64,000 bases of DNA from Macrostomum lignano (taxonomy: Eukaryota). Within the stretch, counting starts at the first letter, position 1, and each line of letters opens with the position of its first letter. The stretch spans positions 436,189-500,188 of the forward strand of contig NIVC01000566.1 of NCBI GenBank assembly GCA_002269645.1, in the 5' to 3' direction. Below, piece after piece: positions 22,839 to 35,385 of this stretch. The translations under genes were made by a program, and so were the position numbers. The notes under the pieces are model-generated. The model was not told the origin of the DNA. It saw only the letters and a list, made by a program, of their open reading frames with translations, and did no database searches.

Positions 22839-22866
22839 CGCTTGGCGGTCTGCAGGCTGTGCACGG
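22784..22866 (-). ncRNA. HDV-like self-cleaving ribozyme (predicted fold)
   Basis: P1 CCG(U)GCAC/GUGCCGG; P2 GCCUGC(A)G/CGCAGGC; P3 ACC/GGU; L3 GCCAAGC with CC pairing GG (P1.1); P4 UAGUGAUC/GAUCGCUA; J4/2 CGAA (catalytic C at 22794). Begins exactly at the TSD-defined 5' end. Confidence 0.8.
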
Positions 22867-22944
22867 ACTGCTGCTGTAGTATATCAGGACAAAATCTGTG
22901 ATTGCATTTGATCTGGCGCAGTTTAGGAGAGAGAGGGCCTCATT

Positions 22945-23390
22945 TATACTCAGCAAAATTGAAAAGTAGCCACTCTATGCGCCACTGAGCAACTTCTCTT
23001 GGACTATTCTAAAATAAAAGATACGGGAAAACTGATCGGGTAGCTTTAATCACCCCAACACTCGAACACCGCTCCCCCTACTTCATTTCCCAACTCAAGT
23101 CTTCCACGGCGTAGCTAAGTTGCGTCACTCGAAAAGATTGAGAGACTTTACGTGCACTCCCAAAAGTGGCGACGCACACGGAATCATCTGTGATGGCGAC
23201 TTTTCTATGCTGCTGAGTACAGCTACGCCACGCGGCAGACTTTGGTTGAGGAATGAAGTCGGGGAGCGGTGTGCGAGGGTTGGACGGATTAAATCTACCC
23301 TCAAGTTTCTTCGTATTTTTATTTCAGCATAGTCCAAGAGAAATTGCTCACTGGCGCATTGAGTGGCGACTTTTCAATGTGCTGAGTATA
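22945..23390. mobile_element. MITE with about 90-bp TIRs and TA ends (Tc1/mariner-like)
   Basis: tatactcagca..ttgaaaagtagccactctatgcgccactgagcaacttctcttggactat mirrored at about 23305-23390. Related copy at 48715-49005. Confidence 0.75.
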
Positions 23391-23900
23391 GCTGTGTAGT
23401 GAAAGTTTCAAATTCTATCATAACACGAAATATCTCCCTTCTTAAGGGGGATATTCTTCTCCTAATATAGCAAATATAGCCTGTTTTCATGTTTTCCTTG
23501 CGTTCTCCTGTGCTCTTTTGTTTTGTCTTTTTATTGAATAATATTGAATATATTTGATTGGAGTAGTAGGAATCCGGCCTCACTATAGCAATCCACGGTT
23601 CAATGCACGAACCAACACTGCTCTATCGCACTCGCACAGGTCTGAGTCGCCTTTCCTAGCTAACAAAGAACCGCAACTGCTATCTCATCTTTGAGGGACT
23701 GCAGTTCAATGGCTCTGTTGCAGTTGTAGAGATCTCCAAATACGATACAAAGTAAACTACTGTAAGTAGTAACATAAAAATGCGAAAAACTTTAATGTTT
23801 CAAAAATTGCAAAATGTCATACTCTATTTTAAGACCGTGAATACAACGTACGACGAAGCATGAGACAAGTTGCAACTATGGTGAAATATGTTGCGACTAT

Positions 23901-26183
<2,283 letters not shown>

Positions 26184-26234
26184 CTATGGTGAAATAAGTT
26201 GAAATCTGATGAAATATGAGTCGTGCTACTAAGT

Positions 26235-26735
26235 ATATGCCAAAATTTCGACTATAAATATAAGCGTAAAATCCGAGCTGAAACCTCAGACTCGGAGCAG
26301 CCTCAAAAGATCTTGTGGTTAGTTAGAGCAACTAATCGAAGCTATATCTCTGGGAGAGAAGCGTATCAATTGAGAAGCGTTGTTCAAGTCTTCGTTATTT
26401 TGATTAATTGAGAGCGATTTTATTGCTGGCCGGCCGTTGCTGATCCGTGGACTTTACTGAGACTATTTGAGGCCTCCCATTTTCCTAAGGGATTGGATAG
26501 GATCTGCGGACCGATTCCGATACCCTTAGAGGATTACTGACTGTTGATTTGGATTATCCTAGATTAACCGATAGGAGCACACGACTCCGATTCCGTTAGA
26601 TCTAGAAGAAGACGCCCCCTTTGGAGGACCTCGCGTTAGAATTTGAGTTTATTAGGGCGCACTGTTGGTACTGATTTGGCACTCGAGAAACGTACTGAAT
26701 CCCGCACTCGAGGAAATATTTCGACGTCGACTTCA
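26235..26735 (+). repeat. Diverged dispersed repeat, copy 1 (copy 2 at about 28085-28685)
   Basis: Shared blocks: aaacctcagactyggagcagcctcaa; cctaagggattggatagratctgcggaccgattccgatac; gcactcgaggaa..ttcgacgtcgac. Confidence 0.8.
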
Positions 26736-26934
26736 CTGTTCTGCTCTCACTCTAGGCCGACTTTGGACTTCGAAGACTTCAAGAAGATTCCTCCGGAGAA
26801 GAAGATTGGAAGAAGCAAACTCTACAAACGCGCGCAACAAAGAAGAAACAAGGAACGAGCTCGGAGAACCTGCCGGACACAGAAGAAGAGCCCGCCACAG
26901 TAAGTGAACACGTTAATTTTGTTCCCAGGCTTAA

Positions 26935-27240
26935 GTGTCTGGAAGTGGGAGTTTTCGGGAGACTGATCACCTCCCGAATCAACTCTTCACAGTTATCATA
27001 TACAATAGTTTTCAAGTGCGCGGCGCAGATGAAAACTATCGGTTGCTGGTCGGGCGCCCGAAATCAGCCAGTAGTATATTTAGGACTATGTCGGATGAAG
27101 AAAACGGTTCAGAGTTCAGCACCTACGACTGGGATCATAGTTACCGTTCGTCATGCTCAAAGAAACATGGAAACGTTGGTTGGTGGTTTAGACACTCTCT
27201 CATCACACCTTGAATTTCCCAATAATCGACGAGGAAAAGG
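26935..27240 (+). pseudogene. Fibrinogen-related domain (FReD) fragment
   Basis: YNSFQVRGADENYRLLVG..NGSEFSTYDWDH...C..HGNVGWWF matches the FReD C-terminal F.V..E..Y.L / FST.D.D..C..GWW pattern. Stop or frameshift follows WWF. Confidence 0.6.
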
Positions 27241-28084
27241 TAAGCAACTGCTCGTTTGATAATTGCTCGAGCGACACGCAGGCCTACTCGACAGGATGGT
27301 TTGGCTGTAAGGCCGCGCAGCTCTCGTTCACATGCATCTGAGACGGCCGGGACTGAAGAACTGAATAATATTAGGGACAGAAATTTGAACCGGACTTTTA
27401 TTTGCGTATTCCTGAAACTTAATTAAGTTATTTGACATCGCCATGTCTGAGCAGATGTTGAAATAATCTGAATAGATAGGTATTAATTGCATTCGCGATA
27501 TAGCATCGGTTCGGTTTAGTCTTTATGAATTAATTGCGTTGGAGAACGTCTCCTATCGCTGGGTTTTAAGAATGAAAAATAATTATCAGGAAATGATTAT
27601 TTTGTAGGTTTTCACATCATTATCAGATATAACGACGCTATATAAACGTAAAACAAACTATTGTACTATGGCTTTTTGCAAGCCATTTATTACTACGAGC
27701 AGGCAATTAAATAATTAGTGGGAAAATCCAGCGCTAAAAGATTGATTTATCAGTACAGTATGGTCCAAACCGCTTTGGAGCAACTAGTTTAGTAATCCGA
27801 GCACCCATTTAGTCATTTCCAGTATCACTGGTGTCGCATCTGAACACTACTGAGTAAAGCACAAACAGTGTGGAGGTTTATTCATAGAATGCTACTGCGA
27901 CTAGAGCAGCCCACATATGCGCACCAAAATGTCAAGTATGAATAATGTTACTATTTATAGCAAAGAAATAAATCATATTACTATTAAAACTAAAAAAATA
28001 AGTCATGTTACTATTCATAGCGAGAAGATGAATCGTGTTACCTTTTATGGCGAAAAGATTATTCATGTTACTATTGTACATCTC

Positions 28085-28685
28085 GCAAAAATTTGTCTCT
28101 AAATACAAGCGCTCTGCGAGCCTGAAAAACCTCAGACTTGGAGCAGCCTCAAGAGGACTTGAGAACACCCAAGAACTACGAGACTACATCTCTGAGAGAA
28201 GTAGATACTGTTCGGTAAGCCTTTGTTCGAGTCTTCGTGATGATTGAGAGCGGTTTTATTGCCGGCCATTGCTGATCAGTTGATTTTACTGAGTAATTGA
28301 CCTTGAGTCCTCCCTATTCCTAAGGGATTGGATAGAATCTGCGGACCGATTCCGATACTCTTAGAAGGTTATTGATTTGATTGATTTTGGTATCCAAACG
28401 TATACGTGACTCCATGTCAAACATTAAAGAGCCACCATGTCAAACATACAGAGTCACCATGTCGATCATTAAGGAGCCAGACTCCATGTCAAACATTAAA
28501 GAGCCACCATGTCAAACATTAAAGCGCAACCATGTCAAACATGTGTGACTCCAGAGTAACCGTTATTTCTAGAAGACGCCCTTCCTGGAGGACCTCGTCA
28601 TTGTTATAGAGTTGATTTTGTTAATTGATTAGCATAATTATTAGCATCTCTGATTTCTGCACTCGAGGAATACTTCGACGTCGAC
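28085..28685 (+). repeat. Diverged dispersed repeat, copy 2, with an internal array of about 23-bp units (ccatgtcaaacattaaagag) at 28410-28545
   Basis: See copy 1; lies between inverted arms 27788-27837 and 28968-29017. Confidence 0.75.
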
Positions 28686-29248
28686 AGATTAAAATGTTAC
28701 GCTCTCACTTACGGGAAAGTCATTGAAATTAGCTAAGTATCAGTAGTATTTTGTAAAATTGCTTGACCAGTGATGCAGCGGGGAATGAAGCGGAGCAAAT
28801 GCCTAAACCTAACCTAAACCTATGCATATCGTGTTGCGTGGTCTTGTTCGTAGCGCTTCATCTGCGGTGACAAAGCTCTCCCCATCGTACCCTAAAAGCT
28901 CGCTGCTCAGCTTGCTGGCGTCCTCTTCTACAACCATGTTGAATGTGTGCGTCTATTTGTAGCCAAAGCGACACCAGTGACACTGGAAATGACTAAATGA
29001 GTGCTCGGATTATTAAAGGGCTTGCAAAAATATGATATTTCTATTGGCTTGAATATATACGAGCATACGATATATCCTCAGAGTACTTCAAGTCTCCATG
29101 CATTTTGCATTTAACTCCAACTGCATGGCGTTACGTACGAGTAATTTAGTCCGAGTTTTAATATTTAAAAGAAGATTTAATTGCGTAAATGTTTATTTAA
29201 AAGTTTTCTTCAAAATTATACAACTATTAGATTAGATTATTATAGACT

Positions 29249-30241
29249 TCAACTCCTCCGCCCTGGATCGATGGGACCTACGCGTGCGCCGCCGGCTTCA
29301 TCAGGTTCGCCCAATTGTCCTCTGCGAGTCCGCATTCGCAGCAGGGCCATGAACTCCTGGCGGAACATGCTGGACCGTGCCAGGTATACAAACAGGTTCA
29401 CCATGGAGCTGAGCATCTGGGGCAGGCGCAAGAAGTTGCCGAAGCGCGAGCGGTAACGCTTAGGCAGCTGGGCCAGGTAGAGATAACCAATGCGAGACGC
29501 TACCTGGTTCAGGACGAGCAGTCCGGCGATGATGGCGATGGTGCCGGCGCTCTCGAGAAGCTCTCCAGTTCGACTGCCGATCTCCGCACTGATCTTTATT
29601 TGGTGCAGCACGCGGAACAGGCAGGCCAGGCTGAGCCCCAGGGCCAAGCAGCTGTAGGTGATGGTCGATACCAGAAGCCAAATGTTGTAAGCGTTGCCGT
29701 AGACTCCGGAGTTGGTGCACATCGGCGTCACATTGTCCGGCTCGTCGATAGATAGGGACAGAGCTATCACTGAGTCGGCACAGGTGTACAGCCAACCCAC
29801 CAGGATCACCAACGCTCTGTAGCGATGCGAGTACACGATGTACTTCTGGGGCCAGAGCAGAGCAGTGCACCTGTCGCAGCACAGCGCCAGGGTGAACACC
29901 GTTGAGGCTACAAGACCGAATGTCATGGGCACAATGTCTGTGAGGCATTGCAGCTCGGTTCTCAGGTTGCCCTGGCCGACGTAATGGTCGCGTAGACGCC
30001 GGCCAGTGACGTACATGTAGGCTGCGCCAATCCATGCGTCTGCAATGGCCAAATTCGCCATGACAATGTAGTAGGAGCGGCGTCGCAATGCTTTCGATCC
30101 GAAGCAGGTTAGCGCGACGAGAAAGTTGCACAGGGCGCAGCCAGCGGCTGTAAAAAACTGGGAATAGCTGGCCGGTAGATTCCATTCGTACAACTGGATG
30201 CTGTCGGAGCGCAGCTCTTTCAAGGCGTCAGAATCGTTCAT
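29249..30241 (-). CDS. Rhodopsin-like (class A) GPCR, single exon
   Basis: 330 aa, seven hydrophobic segments, NLAIAD (TM2), ALCCDRC (DRY variant), SSMVNLFVY..R...FR (TM7/H8). Confidence 0.88.
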   Translation of the reverse strand: MNDSDALKELRSDSIQLYEWNLPASYSQFFTAAGCALCNFLVALTCFGSKALRRRSYYIVMANLAIADAWIGAAYMYVTGRRLRDHYVGQGNLRTELQCLTDIVPMTFGLVASTVFTLALCCDRCTALLWPQKYIVYSHRYRALVILVGWLYTCADSVIALSLSIDEPDNVTPMCTNSGVYGNAYNIWLLVSTITYSCLALGLSLACLFRVLHQIKISAEIGSRTGELLESAGTIAIIAGLLVLNQVASRIGYLYLAQLPKRYRSRFGNFLRLPQMLSSMVNLFVYLARSSMFRQEFMALLRMRTRRGQLGEPDEAGGARVGPIDPGRRS

Positions 30242-31139
30242 TGCTTGGATTTGAATCCGATCAAATCCGGTTGGTTACTCTAGCTATTGTTGAAGCATCG
30301 TGTCGCTAAATCTCTTGGCATCGCTTCGGCCTTAATATTTATATAAAAGATGCAAAACCCAACCTGACCAATTAGAGCTTGAGAGGAGGTACTCGGCAGG
30401 TTGACGTAATCGACGTTCGCTTCGACAAAGCTTCATCAGCTTTATATAGACTCGTTCGCTTCCAATTTTCATCTGAGGTCGTTTTCGTTTTGCCGTCTCC
30501 GCGTTGGCTTTGTGATTCTTTCATGCAGTTGATGGGATAACCATGCAAATCGTTTGCCACCCTTAAAACTGAAAAAATCAAAGAGGCCTCAGATGCTGCT
30601 TTCTCTCAATTTAGCCGCTTTCCTTTGAGCTAAGTTCTCGTCTAAAAATCTCGATTAAAAATTTCCTTGAGCGCAGGTAAGTTAATTGCTTTATCCGCGT
30701 CTTCTTTGAAGCGTTTGAATACGGCTGAAGCGTCTTTTATCATTTTATTCGGGAGAACGGGCAGATTTATATCAAATGCCGCAGGTGCCATGGGAAAATT
30801 GCCTTAGTATAAGAAACTCTGGCTTGCCAATTAACTGCAAGGCTTTTGCCCTCTCAGGTAAGTCTTTTAGACTAGCGTTTTAGACAGAAGCAGTCTCCAT
30901 TCTTGTCTCTAAAAGCAAATTAAGCCTGTGTAGGCGTACGAGCGTAATCTTTGCTCTGCTGTTAATTCGCTTAGACGGACTCAGAATTTGCTGGTTTCAA
31001 CACTTTCTGAGAACATTTAACTTTGCAAGGTGGTACATGTAGTACGTAGGTGCATGCAAATGGTAACGTAATTTTGATTGAGTGAGGCTTTTTCGATCAT
31101 TTAAAATCTGCATACAAGCTTATTAAATAATTCCCTGAG

Positions 31140-31425
31140 CAATCCCGAGCTAGCGGTTCGGGCCCGCGTGCCGCCTCCCTGGGCGCACCCTGCAGGGCCG
31201 ACACCAGATGTTGATCGGCCACTGCCTGCGTGCCCACCCAAGGGGCGCCGAGCCCCGCTCGCCCACCTGCTGCTCAGCCCGCCCGGTGGGACACTCCCGC
31301 CGGTACCTCTCGCTGCACCACTCTGACTTGCACTGATCGCGAGACTGTAGCTGGCTCTGACCAGCGGGTGCTTTGCTGACCCCTGTGACGGCGTCTGTTT
31401 AATAAAAATAATAATAGTAATAAAC
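31140..31425 (+). mobile_element. Possible 3' fragment of an RTE-like LINE
   Basis: GC-rich island reading GRHQMLIGHCLRAHP.. (RRLxLAGHCxRH-like C-terminus), ending in an (AAT)n-like tail. Confidence 0.35.
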
Positions 31426-31559
31426 TATAGTATGTAACAAAATTTTAATCAAAATTTTGGTGGTTAGAGACTGCAATTAATGTTCCAAGGCGACCTAAGC
31501 AAATAGAACTGGTGCAACTATAGAAGTCCCTAGAGGGGAGCATCGGGGGGGGGGAGCTG

Positions 31560-32480
31560 AGGGAAGCGGGACGGTCCGCATTTCGAAGAAAAATTGCTTA
31601 AAATCGAATTCAAAACTTTGTAGGTCTTCCTGAAACGTGGCAACTGTTTTATCGCATGCAGTAGTTGCGCCAAAAAACATCTGTAACATTGGGACATCGA
31701 TCGTAAAGTACTTATTAATCAGCGATGTCGATAGATGTCGGAAACGTCGGCCAACGTCGCCGATCCAACTGGCCCAAGCCCAGCATCAAACAAGCAGCAG
31801 CGTCATCATGCCGAAGAAAGTTTAAACAGCAACGCGTTGGCAATCGATCGGAATAATGAGATCGCCCAACCAAAATATATACCCACTTCCATCCAAATCT
31901 TTGGTCAAAGGGCGGAATTGGCAGTTCTGTAGAAGTACCGGGGAGCATGCAGCTTGACCATGCACCTTCTGAAAACTTGTGAACACACAGCACCTGAGTT
32001 TGAGAATGAGCGCTTTGCTAACCTCCGTTTTGAGCAAATGCGAGCACCGACAGAGCAAAGTACGAGGCTCGTTAAGTGTTAAAAATTCAAAAAATTGTTT
32101 GACTGAATGACTAAAAAAATGACACGCATGTGCTTTTTGCATGCAATTCGTATTTGCATCTGACCCCTGTGACAGATACAAATCTCCAAGCCCGCGGGCC
32201 GCAGCGCGCGCATACCGAACACAGAGCGCAGCATCGCAGAGTACGCGGCGTTCTATATAGTTACTTCTCCAGGGCATCCCCGTCAGGGTCCAGGCGATCT
32301 CATGTAGCGTTGTAGACCAGAACAGTCTCAACATCCAGATCCCGTCATTCAAAGCCTACGTACCGAGTGTAGTACCGAACATAGGCGTCCCAGGCCAGCA
32401 GCCTTCTTATGTCACTGGCGATGTCCGGCGCGAGTCAGCTCCGATGTTACACGGCAGCGCGGAAGAGAGGCTTCGTCCCC
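31560..32480 (-). pseudogene. Possible degenerate GPCR pseudogene
   Basis: Stop-riddled frames with TM-like pieces, e.g. IWMEVGIYFGWAISLFRSIANALLFKLSSA**RCCLF (TM7/H8-like). Adjacent to the intact GPCR. Confidence 0.3.
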
Positions 32481-33494
32481 GGCAGCATCTCGGTACGTGT
32501 GATCTCTCGGCATGTACATGTCAAGGACTACTTAAGTAGACGTTAAGTATACGCGCCGTTACTTTTAGTCATACTTGTTGGTACATGTAGGTACAGCGGC
32601 ACGATGAAGACGAAGAAAGAGTCCGACCTTTCGACATGAGTCTAGACAGAATCGTCAAGAAATTATTTACAACCGCAAAAAACGATGTAAAACGGAATCC
32701 TAAAGAGAGTGGACTTCTATCATGTACGTGTAGAAAAACAGAACAATGTACTATATGTCTAATAATAACACTGGTAATTCTAAAATACTTTACTACATTT
32801 TATAGTAATATTCTAGAGTTATATAGTTATATTCTATATTTTACCACTTCTAAAAGTGGCAAAAATGATGGTGGCCTACTGCCAGTAGTCCATAGTGTAT
32901 AAGCCCAATGTGCAAATTTAGAATTGCTCTCTCTAGAGCGTTATGGACATTCAAGCATACAAACCTTAGAGATTTAGTATATTTAGAAGTGTGTCCTCAT
33001 CGTATGCGAATTTTTGGAATTCTTACTGCTGGCTAAAATGTAGTGATATTGTTCTCGTACAGTATCATGAGCGTATATAATTATTAGCTAGATATAGTAG
33101 GTAACAATTTTAATGATTCTGCTTTTTCTAATTCTAATTTACCCATTCTAATGAAACATATTTGATGTTTCTTTTGTTTTTTGTTAAAAATAAGTTCATA
33201 AATCAAAATTTCACAACGTGAACAAACGCGACCGTACAGAGCTCAGCGATCACTTTAAGGTCGACTAGGCCTAGGCCTATGCATGATTTTACTAATGCTA
33301 ATTTTACTTATAAAAATCTACCTTTGGCTTAATGACTAGCTTTCTTAATTAAATAAGATTTCTTCAATTTTTTCTATATGCTCAAGATACTCGTATAGGC
33401 CTAAGATCAATCAATGTATAGGCCTAGGTCTTTTAGTTTTAGGATATATGCCTAGTTAGGACTAAGTGATCAGCCTAGACAAGCACAAATTTTG

Positions 33495-33684
33495 CAGGGG
33501 CGTAGCCAGGAATTTCCTACGGGGGATAAACCAAGGTGAATTTTTTATGGGGGGATACACCTAGGTAAAAGTGCTATGACAGAGTCACATGGTAGCATGT
33601 ATAGCATCAAAGGGCACCAAAATTTTTGGTCAGGCTCTTTGGGGGGTAACACCCCCCCCCTATCCACCCCTCCCTATGCCCCTG
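33495..33684. mobile_element. hAT-type MITE
   Basis: CAGGGGCGTAG...CTATGCCCCTG termini; 8-bp flanks aaattttg/aaattttt. Confidence 0.75.
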
Positions 33685-33980
33685 AAATTTTTTATGTTGC
33701 CATTTTTCTATGCTTCCCACCCAGCCCTAACTATTTTTCCACATATATATCAGCTAATTTAGCAAATCAATTATACTTATTTAATAATTCAAAACTGTTT
33801 GAACTTGCTTGTAATTGTAATTTGTCTTAAATATTTTGTTCACATTTTCTATGATTTTGATTTTTTAAGTTTTAGGCTAGGGCCTAGCCAAAATGACTCT
33901 GACTATAAGTTTTTTTTATAATTAGACCTAAGCTAGGCCTAATAGGACCCAATAGGATATGATTCCTAGATTCCTAGAAT

Positions 33981-34228
33981 AGTGGTATACATTATACAGG
34001 ATTTTCCATTAGGAGGCACCATCAATGAGTTATGACAATAAAAGACCTTTTGGGGTTGCTACAATAAAGGATTTTTTAAAGTACACCTAGGCTAGTAAAA
34101 AGTGGAGAGCAATAGAAAGTCATACTCAGCCTGGTGGATACCATACCACTAACCTCTGTTATCTCCCCTTAGGCAATTGGAATGGCCACAGCCCCCTTGC
34201 CCCCCCCCCCCGTCTGCATATGCCACTG
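33981..34228. mobile_element. Degenerate hAT-type MITE
   Basis: Right end ctgcatatgccactg, left end agtggtatac; perfect 8-bp TSD cctagaat at 33973-33980 and 34229-34236. Confidence 0.65.
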
Positions 34229-35385
34229 CCTAGAATATAACAAAGTTATAGTTAGACATTCTACTTTTACTATTTAATTTTAGGCCTACTTCATCCAAAG
34301 TTGAAGCATAAGTATTGTACTATTTTTAACTCAAATTTGTACAAAAAGTATATGTAGATGACATGGCTATGAAAATTAATTATGGTATACTATTCACCAA
34401 AAACAAAGCTAGACAGCATGATAATATGTGTGATACAAAATCCTAGGCCCATGTGTCTATGTCTGCAACATTGCCAATTATTTGTAATCAGGTGGTACTT
34501 AGAGGCACATGGTAGCCATTGCACTATCATTGCCAGTCCAAGTGACAGCATGCATGGATTGCAGGTTGCATGGGAGGTGTTCCAATATATCTGGGCTTTC
34601 AACCTTGTTGGCAAGGATGTTTACAATAGGTGTTGAAGGGCACCTGCTATAGGGCCTAGCCATGTCAATAGAAAAATAGCCTAAGAAAAATTATTTAGCC
34701 AAGTGACTATTAGGCCTAGTGCCTATTACAAATTTTCAAATTGTATTCCTAGTGCAACTGCTATATCAGCCATTTTCCTAGGTTTATTTTTATCATTCCA
34801 TAGACACTACTTCTATAGGCCCTAGCTACTTTCATTTTTGTACAAATTTGAGTTTAACAAAAGGAAAATACTTACACCAAAGTTGGTTTATTAATTAAAG
34901 CAATTTTTGCCTTAGCTCAAAAATATATTGTAATGTATGAGTATTTATAAAAATGGCAACGAAGCATAAAGAAAAAAATAAGGATATTAGCAATAACTTG
35001 GTAGTAAACTATCTTAATTTTATGTCAAGATCCTTAGGTTGGTTTGATTCTAAATATATACAACAATATTAGTTTAGGGCATAGGAACCTATAAAATCTA
35101 GGGCCTTCTGATTTACATATATTGAAGGTAGAAATAGAAGCCAACCATTTAGGTACTAAACTCATTATATATTGTATTCCTTTGGCTTAACTATACTTAT
35201 ATAGGATTTTAAATTAAAATTTTAATCATAATAAGATGCCATTTATATTCTAAATCTCTCTAAGGTTGCAATGCACTTATTCAAGAAAAATTGGTGCTAT
35301 CAGATAATGCTCACATCAGGCTTTTTGAGCCCAGATGACAAATTGCCACCTCATTGAGTTAATTGCCTAAACTGCAACTTCGCAG

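Larger units (their letters stand above)
18138..22866 (-). mobile_element. Full-length Ingi-like (I-group) non-LTR retrotransposon
   Basis: 14-bp TSD actgctgctgtagt at 18124-18137 and 22867-22880. (CAA)n 3' tail at 18138-18151. Single intact ORF. 5' HDV-like ribozyme and 2A motif. Confidence 0.93.

Noticed and set aside
30372-30800. Protein-like frameshifted stretch on the minus strand (MAPAAFDINLP...)
   Set aside because: No recognisable family or splice structure.
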